Shown here piece by piece: positions 16,747 to 27,200 of a stretch of DNA of 64,000 nucleotides. The notes below the pieces were generated by a model. That model searched no databases, was not told the origin of the DNA, and saw only the letters and a list, made by a program, of their open reading frames with translations. How positions within the stretch are numbered: the stretch's first letter is position 1; the number at the start of each line of letters is the position of its first letter. This stretch comes from Candidatus Berkelbacteria bacterium (GTDB taxonomy: Bacteria; Patescibacteriota; UBA1384; JACPKC01): the NCBI GenBank assembly GCA_016198415.1, contig JACQIO010000016.1:6084-70083 (forward strand), written 5' to 3'. The position numbers and the translations under genes are program-made.

Positions 16747-17685
16747 ATGGCTAAGCCAGCAGACAAGGCCGAGAAGCCGACTCGGCGGAGCCCAAAGAAG
16801 CGATCGGCGCCGGTGGCTGAGGAGCGTCAGAGCGAGGTGAGCTCAGACCCGGCGCTCGAGGCGGAGGTGCTGGACGCGGAGTCGGGCAGCCAGCTTGTGG
16901 ATGAGACGCAGGTGGCGGCCGAAGGGTACGAGCACGGGACGGACACTGATGCCGTGGTGCCGGCCGAGGTGGAGGCGATCCACACGGACACGCCCGTGGT
17001 CCACGAGGCTTCCCGGGAGAAGAAGCGAGCGAGCGAGGCGCCGCCAACTCGGCGGACCGCCACCAAGCCCAAGCGACGGAGCGTTCGCTACCAGCAAGCG
17101 ATCGCCACGCTCAATCTCACCAAGAGCTACCCACTCAGGGCGGCTTTGGAGCAAGCCGTGGCCGGCTCCTACACCAAGTTTGACGGCACGGTGGAGCTGC
17201 ATGTCCGTCTTGCCCCCAAGAAGCGGGGTGAGCCGGTGGCGCTCCGGGGCCTAGTCCAGCTCCCCCACGGGTCCGGCAAGCCGGTCAAGGCGGCCATTCT
17301 CACCGAGGAACTGATCGCAACCATTGCCAAGGAGAAGAGCACGGACTGGGATATCCTCATTGCCCCCAAGTCGCTCATGCCCAAGGTGGCGACGATCGCC
17401 AAGATCCTCGGACCGCAAGGGAAGATGCCGAGCCCCAAAGCCGGCACGGTTTCTAACACGCCCGAGGACGTCCTGGCCTCGATCCAGTCCGGCCGGATTG
17501 AGTACCGGACGGATGCCGGCGGCATTGCCCACCTGCCGATTGGGAAGACCTCCTGGCCAGCGTCCAAGCTCGAGGAGAATGCCCGGGCGATCCTAGGGGC
17601 GTTGCCCCTCGTCCAGTTGACCTCGGTCACCGTGGCTGCCACAATGGGGCCAGGCGTGCGGGTTGATCGGACCAGTCTCAGCTAG
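16747..17685 (+). CDS. rplA: 50S ribosomal protein L1 with a ~115-aa Lys/Ala/Glu-rich N-terminal extension
   Basis: C-terminal 200 aa align with L1 (VELHVRLAPKKRGEPVALRGLVQLPHGSGK...ILGPQGKMPSPKAGTV). SD AAAGGAG before ATG 16747. Confidence 0.85.
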   Translation: MAKPADKAEKPTRRSPKKRSAPVAEERQSEVSSDPALEAEVLDAESGSQLVDETQVAAEGYEHGTDTDAVVPAEVEAIHTDTPVVHEASREKKRASEAPPTRRTATKPKRRSVRYQQAIATLNLTKSYPLRAALEQAVAGSYTKFDGTVELHVRLAPKKRGEPVALRGLVQLPHGSGKPVKAAILTEELIATIAKEKSTDWDILIAPKSLMPKVATIAKILGPQGKMPSPKAGTVSNTPEDVLASIQSGRIEYRTDAGGIAHLPIGKTSWPASKLEENARAILGALPLVQLTSVTVAATMGPGVRVDRTSLS

Positions 17686-17710
17686 CACTCCGGCGCGCTT
17701 CCCAACCTGG

Positions 17711-18334
17711 ATGATCAAACGAAGGACCCACCCCGGGTTATTCATCGCCTTTGAAGGCTTGGACGGATCCGGTTCAGACATTCACGCAGCGGCCCTGGCT
17801 CGGCTCCTCAGCCGTGACGGGTACAGGGTTGTCCTTCGCCATGAGCCCACCAACAGCATGATCGGTGGGCTCATTCGTGCCCGTCTGGCGGGGGAGTGGG
17901 AGATTGCGCCGGAAACGCTCCAACTCCTCTTCACGGCCGATCGAGCTGAGCACCTCCGGAGCATGATTCTCCCTGGCCTTGAGGCTGGCAAGATCGTCAT
18001 CTGCGATCGCTACGTCCTCTCGGCGCTGGCCTACAACGTGGTCTTAGTCAACGACCGCGAGTGGCTCCGTGCCCTCAACAAGCGCTTCTTGAAGCCGGAT
18101 GTGACGTTCCTCATTCAGGTTGATCCCAAGATCTGCGCGCGTCGGCTGAAAGAGATGCACCTGGAGCTCGAGCTCCATCGGGAAGAGTCCAAGCTAAAAC
18201 ACGTCTGGCGCGAGTACCAGGCCCTGGCGGCGGAGTTTGATGGCGTCCACGTCATCGACGGCGAACGGGACGATGTGGCGATCATTGACGAGATTGCCGA
18301 GCGTGCCAAGGAGGCCCTGAACGAGCGGGCGTGA
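17711..18334 (+). CDS. tmk: Thymidylate kinase family protein with non-canonical P-loop (GLDGSGSD instead of GxxGxGK[ST])
   Basis: IAFEGLDGSGSDI aligns with the IVIEGLEGAGKTT P-loop. DRYVLSALAY matches the Tmk DR(Y/H) motif. P-loop Lys is absent. Confidence 0.7.
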   Translation: MIKRRTHPGLFIAFEGLDGSGSDIHAAALARLLSRDGYRVVLRHEPTNSMIGGLIRARLAGEWEIAPETLQLLFTADRAEHLRSMILPGLEAGKIVICDRYVLSALAYNVVLVNDREWLRALNKRFLKPDVTFLIQVDPKICARRLKEMHLELELHREESKLKHVWREYQALAAEFDGVHVIDGERDDVAIIDEIAERAKEALNERA

Positions 18335-18347
18335 GTTGCCGTACCCC

Positions 18348-18376
18348 TTGACGGTGGGGAGCTCGCAGGGTACCAT
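18348..18376 (+). promoter_or_regulatory. sigma70 promoter TTGACG-N17-TACCAT upstream of rplJ-rplL (about 150-nt leader, probable L10 leader)
   Basis: TTGACG 18348-18353, TACCAT 18371-18376. Confidence 0.45.
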
Positions 18377-18529
18377 CCGGTCAGATTGGTCCCGGAGACT
18401 GCAGGGGTCCGCCGCACTGGCGGACTGAAACCACCACCCTGCTGAGGGCCGTGAACGACCGTGTGCGTTCTCACCTCGTGTCTCGCCGGTCGGCGGGATT
18501 TTTGTATCAAGAAAAGAGTTTGGAGACGC

Positions 18530-19060
18530 ATGGCCAAAACACGGGCCCAAAAAGAGGCGCAACTGGCTCACTTGGTGAGCGATGTGGCGGGCAAGGCGAC
18601 GGTCTTTACGCGCTACGCCGGCTTGACGGTTCGGGACATGGAGACGCTGCGCGCGGATCTCCGCCGGGTGGGCGGAACGTACCGGGTCAGCAAGACGACC
18701 CTCCTGGCCAAGGCGCTTGAGCAGGCCGGGATCACCGATGTCCCAGCCGAGATCCTCTCCGTCCAACTGGCGATCGCTACCAGCCCCACGGACGGGGTGG
18801 AGGCGGGGAAGATCGTGGTTGGCTTTGCCAAGACCAATGAGTCCATCCAGATCCTTGGCGCCTTGATCGACGGGACCTTTGTTGGCGAGGCCGGGGTCCG
18901 CGCGCTGGCCGCGCTGCCGAGCCGAGCCGAGCTGTACGCCAGGCTGGTGGGGAGCCTCAACGCGCCCCTGTCTGGACTGGTCAACGTCCTGGCCGGCAAT
19001 CTCCGCGGGTTGGTGACGGTCCTCAAGCAGTATCAAGCGAAGGTCGCAAGTAGTCAGTAG
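18530..19060 (+). CDS. rplJ: 50S ribosomal protein L10
   Basis: [45 protein letters not shown]... typical L10. Confidence 0.9.
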   Translation: MAKTRAQKEAQLAHLVSDVAGKATVFTRYAGLTVRDMETLRADLRRVGGTYRVSKTTLLAKALEQAGITDVPAEILSVQLAIATSPTDGVEAGKIVVGFAKTNESIQILGALIDGTFVGEAGVRALAALPSRAELYARLVGSLNAPLSGLVNVLAGNLRGLVTVLKQYQAKVASSQ

Positions 19061-19080
19061 TCAGTGACGAAAGGAACCCA

Positions 19081-19506
19081 ATGGCCGATGAAGCCAAGAC
19101 AGAAGCAACCAAGCCAGAGGCGAACCCAAAATTCACCAAACTCATCGAGGAGATCAAGGGACTCTCGGTGATGGAACTCTCTGAGCTCGTCAAAGCGCTC
19201 GAGGATGTGCTAGGCGTGAGCGCGGCGGCTCCAGTCGCGATGGTCGCGGCCGGTGGTGCCGCTGGTGGTGCCGCGGCTGCGGAGGAGGAGAAGTCCAGTT
19301 TCACCCTCGACCTGACCGACGCTGGCGCGCAGAAGATCGCCGTTATTAAGGCGGTCCGGGAGATTCGCCCCGATCTGGGTCTGAAAGAGGCCAAGGACCT
19401 GGTGGACGGCGCACCCAAAGAAGTCAAGAAAGACCTGCCCAAGGATGAGGCGGAAGCCGCCAAAGGGAAGCTTGAGGCCGCCGGGGCCAAGGTTGAGTTG
19501 AAGTAA
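19081..19506 (+). CDS. rplL: 50S ribosomal protein L7/L12
   Basis: Ala-rich hinge, C-terminal [57 protein letters not shown]. Confidence 0.9.
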   Translation: MADEAKTEATKPEANPKFTKLIEEIKGLSVMELSELVKALEDVLGVSAAAPVAMVAAGGAAGGAAAAEEEKSSFTLDLTDAGAQKIAVIKAVREIRPDLGLKEAKDLVDGAPKEVKKDLPKDEAEAAKGKLEAAGAKVELK

Positions 19507-19515
19507 CTCGCTCGG

Positions 19516-19575
19516 CTTACACCACAGATACACAGGTCGCCTCGCGGCGACAGGCAGATCTCACAGATATCACGA
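19516..19575 (+). repeat. Box-hairpin-box intergenic repeat, copy B (immediately upstream of the tRNA operon)
   Basis: CTTACACCACAGATACACAGG - GTCGCCTCGCGGCGAC - AGGCAGATCTCACAGATATCACG. Confidence 0.5.
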
Positions 19576-19641
19576 ATCGAGCCTTGAGGGCTCTACGTGC
19601 GATCAGATCTGACGAATACGATGGCGTATTGGTCAGATCGA

Positions 19642-19717
19642 CGGCGCGTAGCGCAGCCAGGGAGCGCACTACGTTGGGACGTGGAGGACGTGGGTTCAAA
19701 TCCCATCGCGCCGGCCA
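19642..19717 (+). tRNA. tRNA-Pro (anticodon GGG), CCA encoded. Hand-fold gives a 6-nt anticodon loop
   Basis: Acceptor CGGCGCG/CGCGCCG, D-arm GCGC-AGCCAGGGA-GCGC, anticodon arm CTACG-TTGGGA-CGTGG, T-arm GTGGG-TTCAAAT-CCCAT, discriminator G, CCA. Confidence 0.75.
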
Positions 19718-19759
19718 GTTCGGACTATGAGGGTAGCCTCGTCGTTCGATACTCAATAG

Positions 19760-19837
19760 TTGGGCCAGTAGCTCAGTGGTGAGAGCGGCGGGGCTTTCAA
19801 CCCCAGCAGGTCGTGGGTTCAAATCCCATCTGGTCCA
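19760..19837 (+). tRNA. tRNA-Glu (anticodon TTC), no encoded CCA
   Basis: Acceptor GGGCCAG/CTGGTCC, D-arm GCTC-AGTGGTGA-GAGC, anticodon loop CTTTCAA between G-rich and C-rich stems, T-arm GTGGG-TTCAAAT-CCCAT. Variable region appears longer than usual. Confidence 0.6.
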
Positions 19838-19843
19838 CACACC

Positions 19844-19920
19844 GCAGACGTAGCTCAACTGCGCAGAGCACCCCCGTGGTACGGGGGAAGATGCGGGTTC
19901 AAATCCCGTCGTCAGCTCCA
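19844..19920 (+). tRNA. tRNA-Thr (anticodon GGT), CCA encoded
   Basis: Acceptor GCAGACG/CGTCAGC (one A-A mismatch), anticodon arm CCCCC-GTGGTAC-GGGGG, T-arm GCGGG-TTCAAAT-CCCGT. D-loop lacks canonical GG. Confidence 0.7.
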
Positions 19921-19937
19921 GGGCCTACCCTGGCCCA

Positions 19938-19970
19938 GGGCCCCCTCGGTAAGGAGGGGGCCCTTCCCTT
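19938..19970 (+). terminator. Intrinsic terminator GGGCCCCCTC-GGTAAG-GAGGGGGCCC + TTCCCTT after the tRNA cluster
   Basis: Perfect 10-bp GC stem and T-rich tail. Confidence 0.55.
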
Positions 19971-20035
19971 GCCACTTCCCTCGTTCCACTTCTCAAGTGA
20001 AAATTGACAAGTGGAGAGTGTGGTAGGATCGGCGG

Positions 20036-21322
20036 ATGCGGATGCAGCCCTTCACCGTTCTCGCGACTGAGGGCCAGGCCCGGCGGGGACGAATCACGAC
20101 GGCGCATGGCACCATCGAGACACCGGCTTTTGTGCCGTGTGCCACGCATGGGTCGATTCGCGGAGTGCCGACGGATCGATTGAGACCTCGCCGCTCCCTT
20201 CGACCTCGCTCAGGACCGGCCTCCGCCTCGGGAGAGTCCGACATCACTCCCGGGGAGATCCCGCGGCTCGAACTGATCCTCTCCAACATTTATCACCTGA
20301 TGCTCCGGCCGGGGATTGAGGCGATCGAAGCGCTCGGTGGCATCCACCGGTTCATGGGGTGGGAGCGCGCGATCATCACGGATTCCGGTGGTTTCCAAGC
20401 CTTTGTGTTCGCGGAACGAACATCCTCCCGAAGCTCGAAGAACGAAGGGGGACCAGCCCAACTGCGCCAAGGCTTCGCTGGACAACCATCCTTGCGGATG
20501 TCGGAAGAGGGGATGACCTTCCGGTCACACCTCGATGGCTCGACGCACCTCCTGACGCCGGAATCAGTGATCGAGATGCAAGAGCGGATCGGGGTCGACA
20601 TCGGCACCTGTTTGGACGTTTGCACTGGCTTTCCGGTGCCCGAACGCGAGGTCGCGCAGGCGGTCGATCAAACCAATCGCTGGGCCGAGCGCTCGATCGG
20701 TCACTGGTCAAGTGTCACTGGTCAACTGTTACTGTACGGCATGGTGCAAGGGAGTATCTACGAGGACCAGCGCCGTCGATCGGCTGAGTTCATTCGAGCA
20801 CTGCCGTTCGCTGGGTTTGCGATTGGCGGCAACATGTACACCTTTGGGGCGACCCTCGCCGAGCTCGCAGCCCAGAAGCCACGGATGTGGGAGGTGGTTG
20901 GCTACACCGCCTCGCTTCTGCCAGAGGACAAGCCGCGGCACCTCTTGGGGGTAGGGGAGCCGAGCGACCTGATTGCTGGGGTCAAGCAGGGGATCGACAC
21001 CTTCGATTGCGTCATGGCGACGCGGATTGCTCGGCACGGGTCCGCTTGGGTCCGGACCGAGCCGGAGGGGTGGGCCTATCGGCGCGAGAATCTCCGGTCG
21101 GCCGAGTTTTCCCGATCGACGGCACCCATCGATGCGCGGTGTGCCTGCCTAGCTTGCCGCCGGCGTGTGCCGCGGGGGTACCTGCGCCACCTCCTGGTCG
21201 AACAGGATCCGGTGGCGGCTGAGCTCCTCACCCTCCACAACCTGACCTTCCTGGCCACGCTCATGGCCGAGATTCGCTCAAGCCTCGAGGTGGGGACGTT
21301 CACGGACCGCTTTGGCGGTTGA
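20036..21322 (+). CDS. tgt: Queuine tRNA-ribosyltransferase with two low-complexity insertions
   Basis: GQARRGRITTAHGTIETPAFVP, YHLMLRPG, DSGGFQ, C-terminal zinc site CACLACRRRVPRGYLRHLL. About 25-aa Arg/Pro/Ser-rich insertion after IRGVPTD. Confidence 0.9.
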   Translation: MRMQPFTVLATEGQARRGRITTAHGTIETPAFVPCATHGSIRGVPTDRLRPRRSLRPRSGPASASGESDITPGEIPRLELILSNIYHLMLRPGIEAIEALGGIHRFMGWERAIITDSGGFQAFVFAERTSSRSSKNEGGPAQLRQGFAGQPSLRMSEEGMTFRSHLDGSTHLLTPESVIEMQERIGVDIGTCLDVCTGFPVPEREVAQAVDQTNRWAERSIGHWSSVTGQLLLYGMVQGSIYEDQRRRSAEFIRALPFAGFAIGGNMYTFGATLAELAAQKPRMWEVVGYTASLLPEDKPRHLLGVGEPSDLIAGVKQGIDTFDCVMATRIARHGSAWVRTEPEGWAYRRENLRSAEFSRSTAPIDARCACLACRRRVPRGYLRHLLVEQDPVAAELLTLHNLTFLATLMAEIRSSLEVGTFTDRFGG

Positions 21323-21717
21323 CAACGGGCCCACTAACAGGTATACTCGAGCCTGCAATGACCCCCGACGAGGCACGACGAATCCCACCAGCCGGCGAGC
21401 CAATCGCACCGGCCCCAGTGGCTGAGCCGAACGTCCAGAGTGGTGACATCCTGCCCATCCCTGAGTCAAGCGGTCCTCCGGAAGCTGCCCCGGCCGCGGA
21501 GACGGTTCAGAGCGAGTTGATTGAACCGACACCAGACCAATCGACACCAACGTCTCCAGCGCCTCAGACCGAAGCCAAGCCCGGTGTTGCTGCCGATCCG
21601 CCCCATCCCGAGACCAAGCCAGTCGCCCAGAGCTCTGTGGTCGCAGGACCCAACGGGGCCGTCACGGGCCTGCCCAGCATCGAAGCCACCGTTGGCACGC
21701 TCACCAACGCCGCCTAA
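21319..21717 (+). CDS. Pro/Ala/Glu-rich low-complexity hypothetical protein
   Basis: ORF overlapping the tgt stop (ATGA). No domain. Real coding status uncertain. Confidence 0.35.
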   Translation: MTTGPLTGILEPAMTPDEARRIPPAGEPIAPAPVAEPNVQSGDILPIPESSGPPEAAPAAETVQSELIEPTPDQSTPTSPAPQTEAKPGVAADPPHPETKPVAQSSVVAGPNGAVTGLPSIEATVGTLTNAA

Positions 21718-21780
21718 GGCGCTCATCACGCCGTCGTCCCGTCACTCCTCCTCTGGTACAATGGACTGGAGCGAGTCACA

Positions 21781-24261
21781 TTGACGGGTTTTGCATTTCT
21801 CCTCCTGATACTGGGACTGGCTGGGGCTGGTGGCTGGCTCTGGCTTGATCGTTATCGAGAACGATTGGGGAGTGAGCGCGCCCGAGACCTCGTCCTCTTG
21901 AAGGTCCTAGTCCCCAAGGAGTCTGGTGAGTCGCAAGACGAGACCGGAAAGCGAGACTTCCGGGAAACGATGTCGGTGGCGGAGCAGTTCCTGGCCAGCT
22001 TTGCCTCGCTCCACAAAGAGGGGCTCCTGGAGTGGATTCCCGGTCAGCCCACCATTAGCTTGGAGTTCGTGGCCAAGAACGGGCTCCTGACGTTCTACAT
22101 TGCTGTCCCCAAGGCGTTCCGAGAGCTGGCCGAGCGGCAGCTTCACAGCTACTACCCCTACGCCCAGATCGAGCCGAGCGAAGCGTTCCGCATCTTTTCC
22201 GAGACGGTCTATCCGGAGGGCATGTACGTCAAAACCAAGAAGACGTACGTCCTCCCTATCAAAACCTACAAGGAGCTCGAGAGCGATCCGCTGAACGCCA
22301 TCACCAACGCCTTCAGCAAGCTCCCCGATGGAGTCAATGCCGGGTTCCAGCTCCTCCTCCGGCCCACCTCGGGAGCCTGGCGGGACAAGACCGTCCACGC
22401 CGCCAAATCGGTGGCGCAAGGCAAGAATCTGACCAAATCGCACTGGGCGCTTCAGGCGCTCAATGCGGTTGTGTCCTCGCTTCGCAGTGGCGGAGCCGCG
22501 GCTGAGGAGAAAGAGAAGGAGAAGGAGACCGTTCGCCTGACGCCCATCCAAGAAGAAGTGATGAAGGGAATCCAGGAGAAGGGGAGTAAGGTCGGTTTCT
22601 CGGCCCAGCTGCGGGTGATTGTCCTGTCTCCCACCTCCACCAACGAGGCCAAGATCGCCCTGGACAACATCGCCTCGTCGCTCGGCCAGTACACCGCGCC
22701 CGAGATGAACTACCTGAAGAAAGTTGGGGCGACGGACGCCAAGCAGTTTGCCACCGATTTCATCCTCCGCCGGTTCCGAGAGCGCGCCCCGTCGTCCATC
22801 CTCAACACCGAGGAGCTGGCTTCCCTCTACCACGTGCCCAACGAGTTCATTGAGACGCCCAACATTGAGTGGCTGGCCGCTCGGACCATGGCGCCCCCAT
22901 CTAACTTACCGCCGGAGGACCCCAACGCCGTCATCCTCGGCAAGAGCGTCTACCGAGGTGAGGAGCGGCCGGTCAGGATCAAGCAGGACGATCGGCGCCG
23001 TCACCTCTACTCGATTGGAAAAACTGGCGTGGGCAAGACGACGCTCTTCATCCACCAGATCGAACAGGACATCAAGGCGGGCCGAGGGGTGGCGTACCTG
23101 GATCCCAATGGGGACGCCATCGAGTCGATTCTGACGATCATTCCCAAGGAGCGGGCCGAGGACGTCGTCCTCTTTGATCCGGCCGACCTGGAGCGGCCGA
23201 TGGGACTCAACGTCCTTGAGTGGAAGCGGCTGGAAGACCGCGACTTCCTGGTGGCCGAGTGGCTGGAGATCTTCTACAAGCTCTTTGATCCCAATCGAAC
23301 CGGCATGGTCGGTCCGCAGTTTGAGCACTGGGGGCGGAACGCCTCGCTCTCCGTCATGGCCCGGCCCGGTGGGGGGACGCTCATCGATATCCCACGGCTC
23401 TTCACGGACGATGCGTTCCGGGACGACACGCTCCGGTACGTGACCGATCCGGTCGTCAAGGCATTCTGGGAGCAACAGATGGCCAAGACCGCTGACTTCC
23501 ATAAGTCGGAGATGTACAACTACTTCATCAGTAAGTTCGGTCGTTTCATGACGAACGATCTCATTCGCAACATCATTGGCCAGACCAAGAGCGCCTTCGA
23601 CATTCGCGAGTTGATGGATGGCCATAAGATCTTCCTGGTCAACTTGAGTAAGGGGAAGATTGGTGAGACCAACTCTCACCTGCTGGGTATGATCTTAGTG
23701 GCCAAGATGCAGGTGGCGGCCTTTCAGCGCGCCGACACGCCCGAGGCAGATCGGAAAGACTTCTACCTCTACGTGGATGAGTTCCAGAACTTCACCACCG
23801 ACACGTTCAAGACGATTCTCTCTGAGGCACGGAAGTACCGCCTGAACCTCAACATCACCAACCAGTACATTGCCCAGTTGCCAGAAGAGATTCGAGACGC
23901 TGTCATCGGCAACGCCGGGACCCTCATCTCCATGCGCGTGGGCGCGGCTGACGCTGAGTTTCTCGAGAAGGAGTTCCCCAACGTGACCGAGCACGACCTC
24001 GTCAACCTGCCCTTTGCGAGCTCCTACACCAAGCTCCTGATTGACGGGACACCCACCAAGCCGTTCTCGATGATGACCATCAAGACGGCCACTCCGCCGA
24101 ATGCGGAACTGGGAGCGGCCATCCGTGAGCTCTCGCGCCTCAAGTATGGGAAGGAGAAGCGGCAGGTTGAGCAGGAGATGGAACAGCGCTACCAAGCCAA
24201 GAATCCCTTTGCACCAGACAATCTTCACATTCCGGACGTGCCGCCGGGACGGGAAGGGTAG
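21781..24261 (+). CDS. Membrane-anchored P-loop ATPase, type IV coupling protein (VirD4/TraG/TrwB)-like, paralog 1
   Basis: TTG start, one N-terminal TM helix. Walker A SIGKTGVGKTTL, VAYLDPNGD (as TrwB VIVDPNGD), FDPADLERPMGLNVLE, Walker B DFYLYVDEFQNF, NQYIAQLPEE. Confidence 0.8.
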   Translation: MTGFAFLLLILGLAGAGGWLWLDRYRERLGSERARDLVLLKVLVPKESGESQDETGKRDFRETMSVAEQFLASFASLHKEGLLEWIPGQPTISLEFVAKNGLLTFYIAVPKAFRELAERQLHSYYPYAQIEPSEAFRIFSETVYPEGMYVKTKKTYVLPIKTYKELESDPLNAITNAFSKLPDGVNAGFQLLLRPTSGAWRDKTVHAAKSVAQGKNLTKSHWALQALNAVVSSLRSGGAAAEEKEKEKETVRLTPIQEEVMKGIQEKGSKVGFSAQLRVIVLSPTSTNEAKIALDNIASSLGQYTAPEMNYLKKVGATDAKQFATDFILRRFRERAPSSILNTEELASLYHVPNEFIETPNIEWLAARTMAPPSNLPPEDPNAVILGKSVYRGEERPVRIKQDDRRRHLYSIGKTGVGKTTLFIHQIEQDIKAGRGVAYLDPNGDAIESILTIIPKERAEDVVLFDPADLERPMGLNVLEWKRLEDRDFLVAEWLEIFYKLFDPNRTGMVGPQFEHWGRNASLSVMARPGGGTLIDIPRLFTDDAFRDDTLRYVTDPVVKAFWEQQMAKTADFHKSEMYNYFISKFGRFMTNDLIRNIIGQTKSAFDIRELMDGHKIFLVNLSKGKIGETNSHLLGMILVAKMQVAAFQRADTPEADRKDFYLYVDEFQNFTTDTFKTILSEARKYRLNLNITNQYIAQLPEEIRDAVIGNAGTLISMRVGAADAEFLEKEFPNVTEHDLVNLPFASSYTKLLIDGTPTKPFSMMTIKTATPPNAELGAAIRELSRLKYGKEKRQVEQEMEQRYQAKNPFAPDNLHIPDVPPGREG

Positions 24262-24267
24262 GGGAGG

Positions 24268-27200
24268 ATGCTGACCATCATTCTCCTCCTCATTCTCGCG
24301 GTGGCCGGTTGGTTTGGCTGGCGGGCCTTCCAGCAGTGGCGCTTGGCCCGCCGGGCCGAGGAGTACGCCGGCTGGCTGGGCTCGCAGCGCTCGATCATTC
24401 TCCACGTCCTCGTCCCCAAGAACAACGAGAAGACGCCCCTGGCGGCCGAGCAGTTCTTTGCGGCCATCCACGGCGTCTTCCGGGAGGGCGCTGACTTTCA
24501 GGAGCAGATCAGCTTTGAGCTGGTCAGTCACGACACCTTCATCCATTTCTACCTCCACGTCCCAGCCCACCTCAAAGAGTTCGTTGAGGGCCAGCTCTAC
24601 GCCCAGTACCCGCAGATTGAGATTCAGGAGGTCGAGGATTACCTGACGCCGCTCGTGCCTTCCCAGGCGATGCTCGGTGCCGAGCTCGTCCAGACCAAGG
24701 ACCCGGTCTATCCCATTCTGACCTTCCAGAATTTCACCGTTGATCCGCTCTCGGGGATCACGGCCGTGCTCGGCAACCTCGGTGCGGGCCAGCAGCTCTA
24801 CGTGCAGATCGTCATCAAGCCGGTTGCCGAGTCCTGGCAGGAGCGAGGCGTCAAGTTTGTGGCTGCCAAACGACTCGGCGTTCCGCTCAAAAAGCCGAGC
24901 GGCTTTGTCCAGCTCATCGGGGTGGCCAGTCGCGTGGTCGTCAGTATCCTCCAGACCATCTTCCTACCGTCTGGTGGGGGCGGGGAAGGGGCGGCTGAGG
25001 CGGCGCCCGCCAAAGAGCCGGACAAGCGGCCCGAACTCTCGGCGCCAGAAGAAGCGGCCTTGAAGGGGATTGAGTCCAAGGTCACCAAGTTGGGGTATGC
25101 CGTCAGGATTCGTCTCCTCGCCGTCGCGTCGGATCCCTACACCGCCCGGAGCCGGATTGAGGCGATCAGCGGTGCCTTCAAGCAGTTCAACACCAATAAC
25201 CTGAACGGCTTTCGCTCGGCGATTGTGGACCAGGTTGAGCCATTCCTCCACGCCATGAAGGCGCGTGAGTTTGCTGGCGACGGCATGATTCTCAACACCG
25301 AGGAGCTGGCCTCGCTCTACCACTTGCCGTCGGTCAGCGTGGAGACCCCCAATATGATGTGGGCCGGGAGCAAGAAGGGGGAGCCTCCGGCCAACCTACC
25401 GGTAGCCGGCCGAGACGACGAGTCAGACATCACCTTCCTGGGCATGACGGACTTCCGGAACAATCGGCACAAGTTTGGGATCAAGTCGAAAGATCGCGGT
25501 CTCCACATGTACACCATCGGCAAGACCGGCACGGGGAAGTCAACCCTCCTCCTCAACATGGTCATCGACGATATCCAGAAGGGGAAAGGGGTGGCGGTGG
25601 TTGATCCACACGGGCAGCTCATTCAAGACGTCCTCGAGCGTCTCCCACCCCACCGGACGAACGACGTCATCTACTTCAATCCGGCCGATCGAGATCACCC
25701 GATCGGTTTCAACCTGTTTGAGAGCGTTGATCCAGACCTTCGCAACGTCGTGGCCTCTGGCATCCTGAGCATCTTCAAGAAGCTTTGGGCCGACTCCTGG
25801 GGCCCGCGACTTGAGTACATCCTTCGGAATGCCATCCTCGCCCTCATGTACTATCCGGACACGACCCTCCTGGGGATCAACCGGCTCTTGACCGATCCAG
25901 CCTATGAGCGGCGGGTGATTCGCAAGGTGACCGATCCCGTGGTCCGAGACTTCTTTGAGAACGAGTACGACATGTACGATCCCAAGTTCCGCCGTGAGGC
26001 GATCGCGCCCATTCAGAACAAGGTGGGCCAGTTCCTCTCCTCGAGCACCATCCGCAACATCCTCGGTCAACCGCAGAGCTCCTTCAACATGCGCGAGGTC
26101 ATGGACGAGGGGAAGATTCTGCTCCTGGATCTCTCGATTGGCCGGATTGGTGAAGACAACGCCTCGCTCCTTGGTTCCATGCTGATCACCAAGATTCAGT
26201 TGGCGGCGATGAGTCGGGCCGATATCCCAGAGGCCGAGCGGCGCGACTTCTACCTCTACGTTGATGAGTTCCAGAACTTTGCCACCGAGTCCTTTGCCGT
26301 CATTCTCTCTGAGGCTCGGAAGTACCACCTCAATCTGAGCCTGACGAACCAGTACATTGCCCAGATGCCAGAGGTAGTGGCTAAGGCCATCTTTGGGAAC
26401 GTCGGCACGATTATTTCGTTTCGAGTTGGTCCGAGCGATGCGGCTGGCCTGGCCAAAGAGTTTGAGCCAGTCTTTGAGTCGCAGGACCTGATCAACCTCG
26501 ATAACTACCACATCTACGTGAAGATGGCGATCGATGGGGTGACGCGGCCGGCGTTCTCGTCCAAGACGTTACCGCCCATGAATGTCCAGCCAAGCCGGGA
26601 GAACTACGAGAAGGTTGTTCGGGTATCCAGAGAGCGCTACGCCTCACCACGCGTCTTTGTGGAACAGAAGATTCAGGACTGGGCGGACGACGTCCAGGTC
26701 AAGCAGGCGCAGGAGTGGCGCCGGAAGATTGAGGAGCGAGAGCAGGGGAGTGGTGGCACCCCGGGGACGCCACCCTCACCAGCTGGGGCCAGTCAGCCGC
26801 GACCGGAACCGCGCCGGGAGCCGGAGTACCGCAATCGGAACGACTTTGTGAAGTTTGTCGACGATACCAAGCCGACTCCATCGCCAGCGCCACGCTCAGT
26901 TGCTCCACGACCCCCAGCGGCGCCGAGTGGCCAGGGTGGCCGGCCCTCCTCCAATCGGGATGCCGATCGGAGTCGTCGGTCTCGAGGAGGGAGGAATCGC
27001 CGTGGTCCCGCTGGATCTGGAGGGCAGGGGAGTGGTCAGGCCCCATCCACTGGATCTCGGCCGAGCGGGCCACCGAGAACTCGCGGGCCGGAGCAGGGGA
27101 GTCGACCAGCTCCAGCAGCTCTGAGCCCGAGTCAACCACAACCGGCGCAGCCGCCCAAACAAGAGGGGAGTGCCGAACCCATTCGACCCAACCCACCGCC

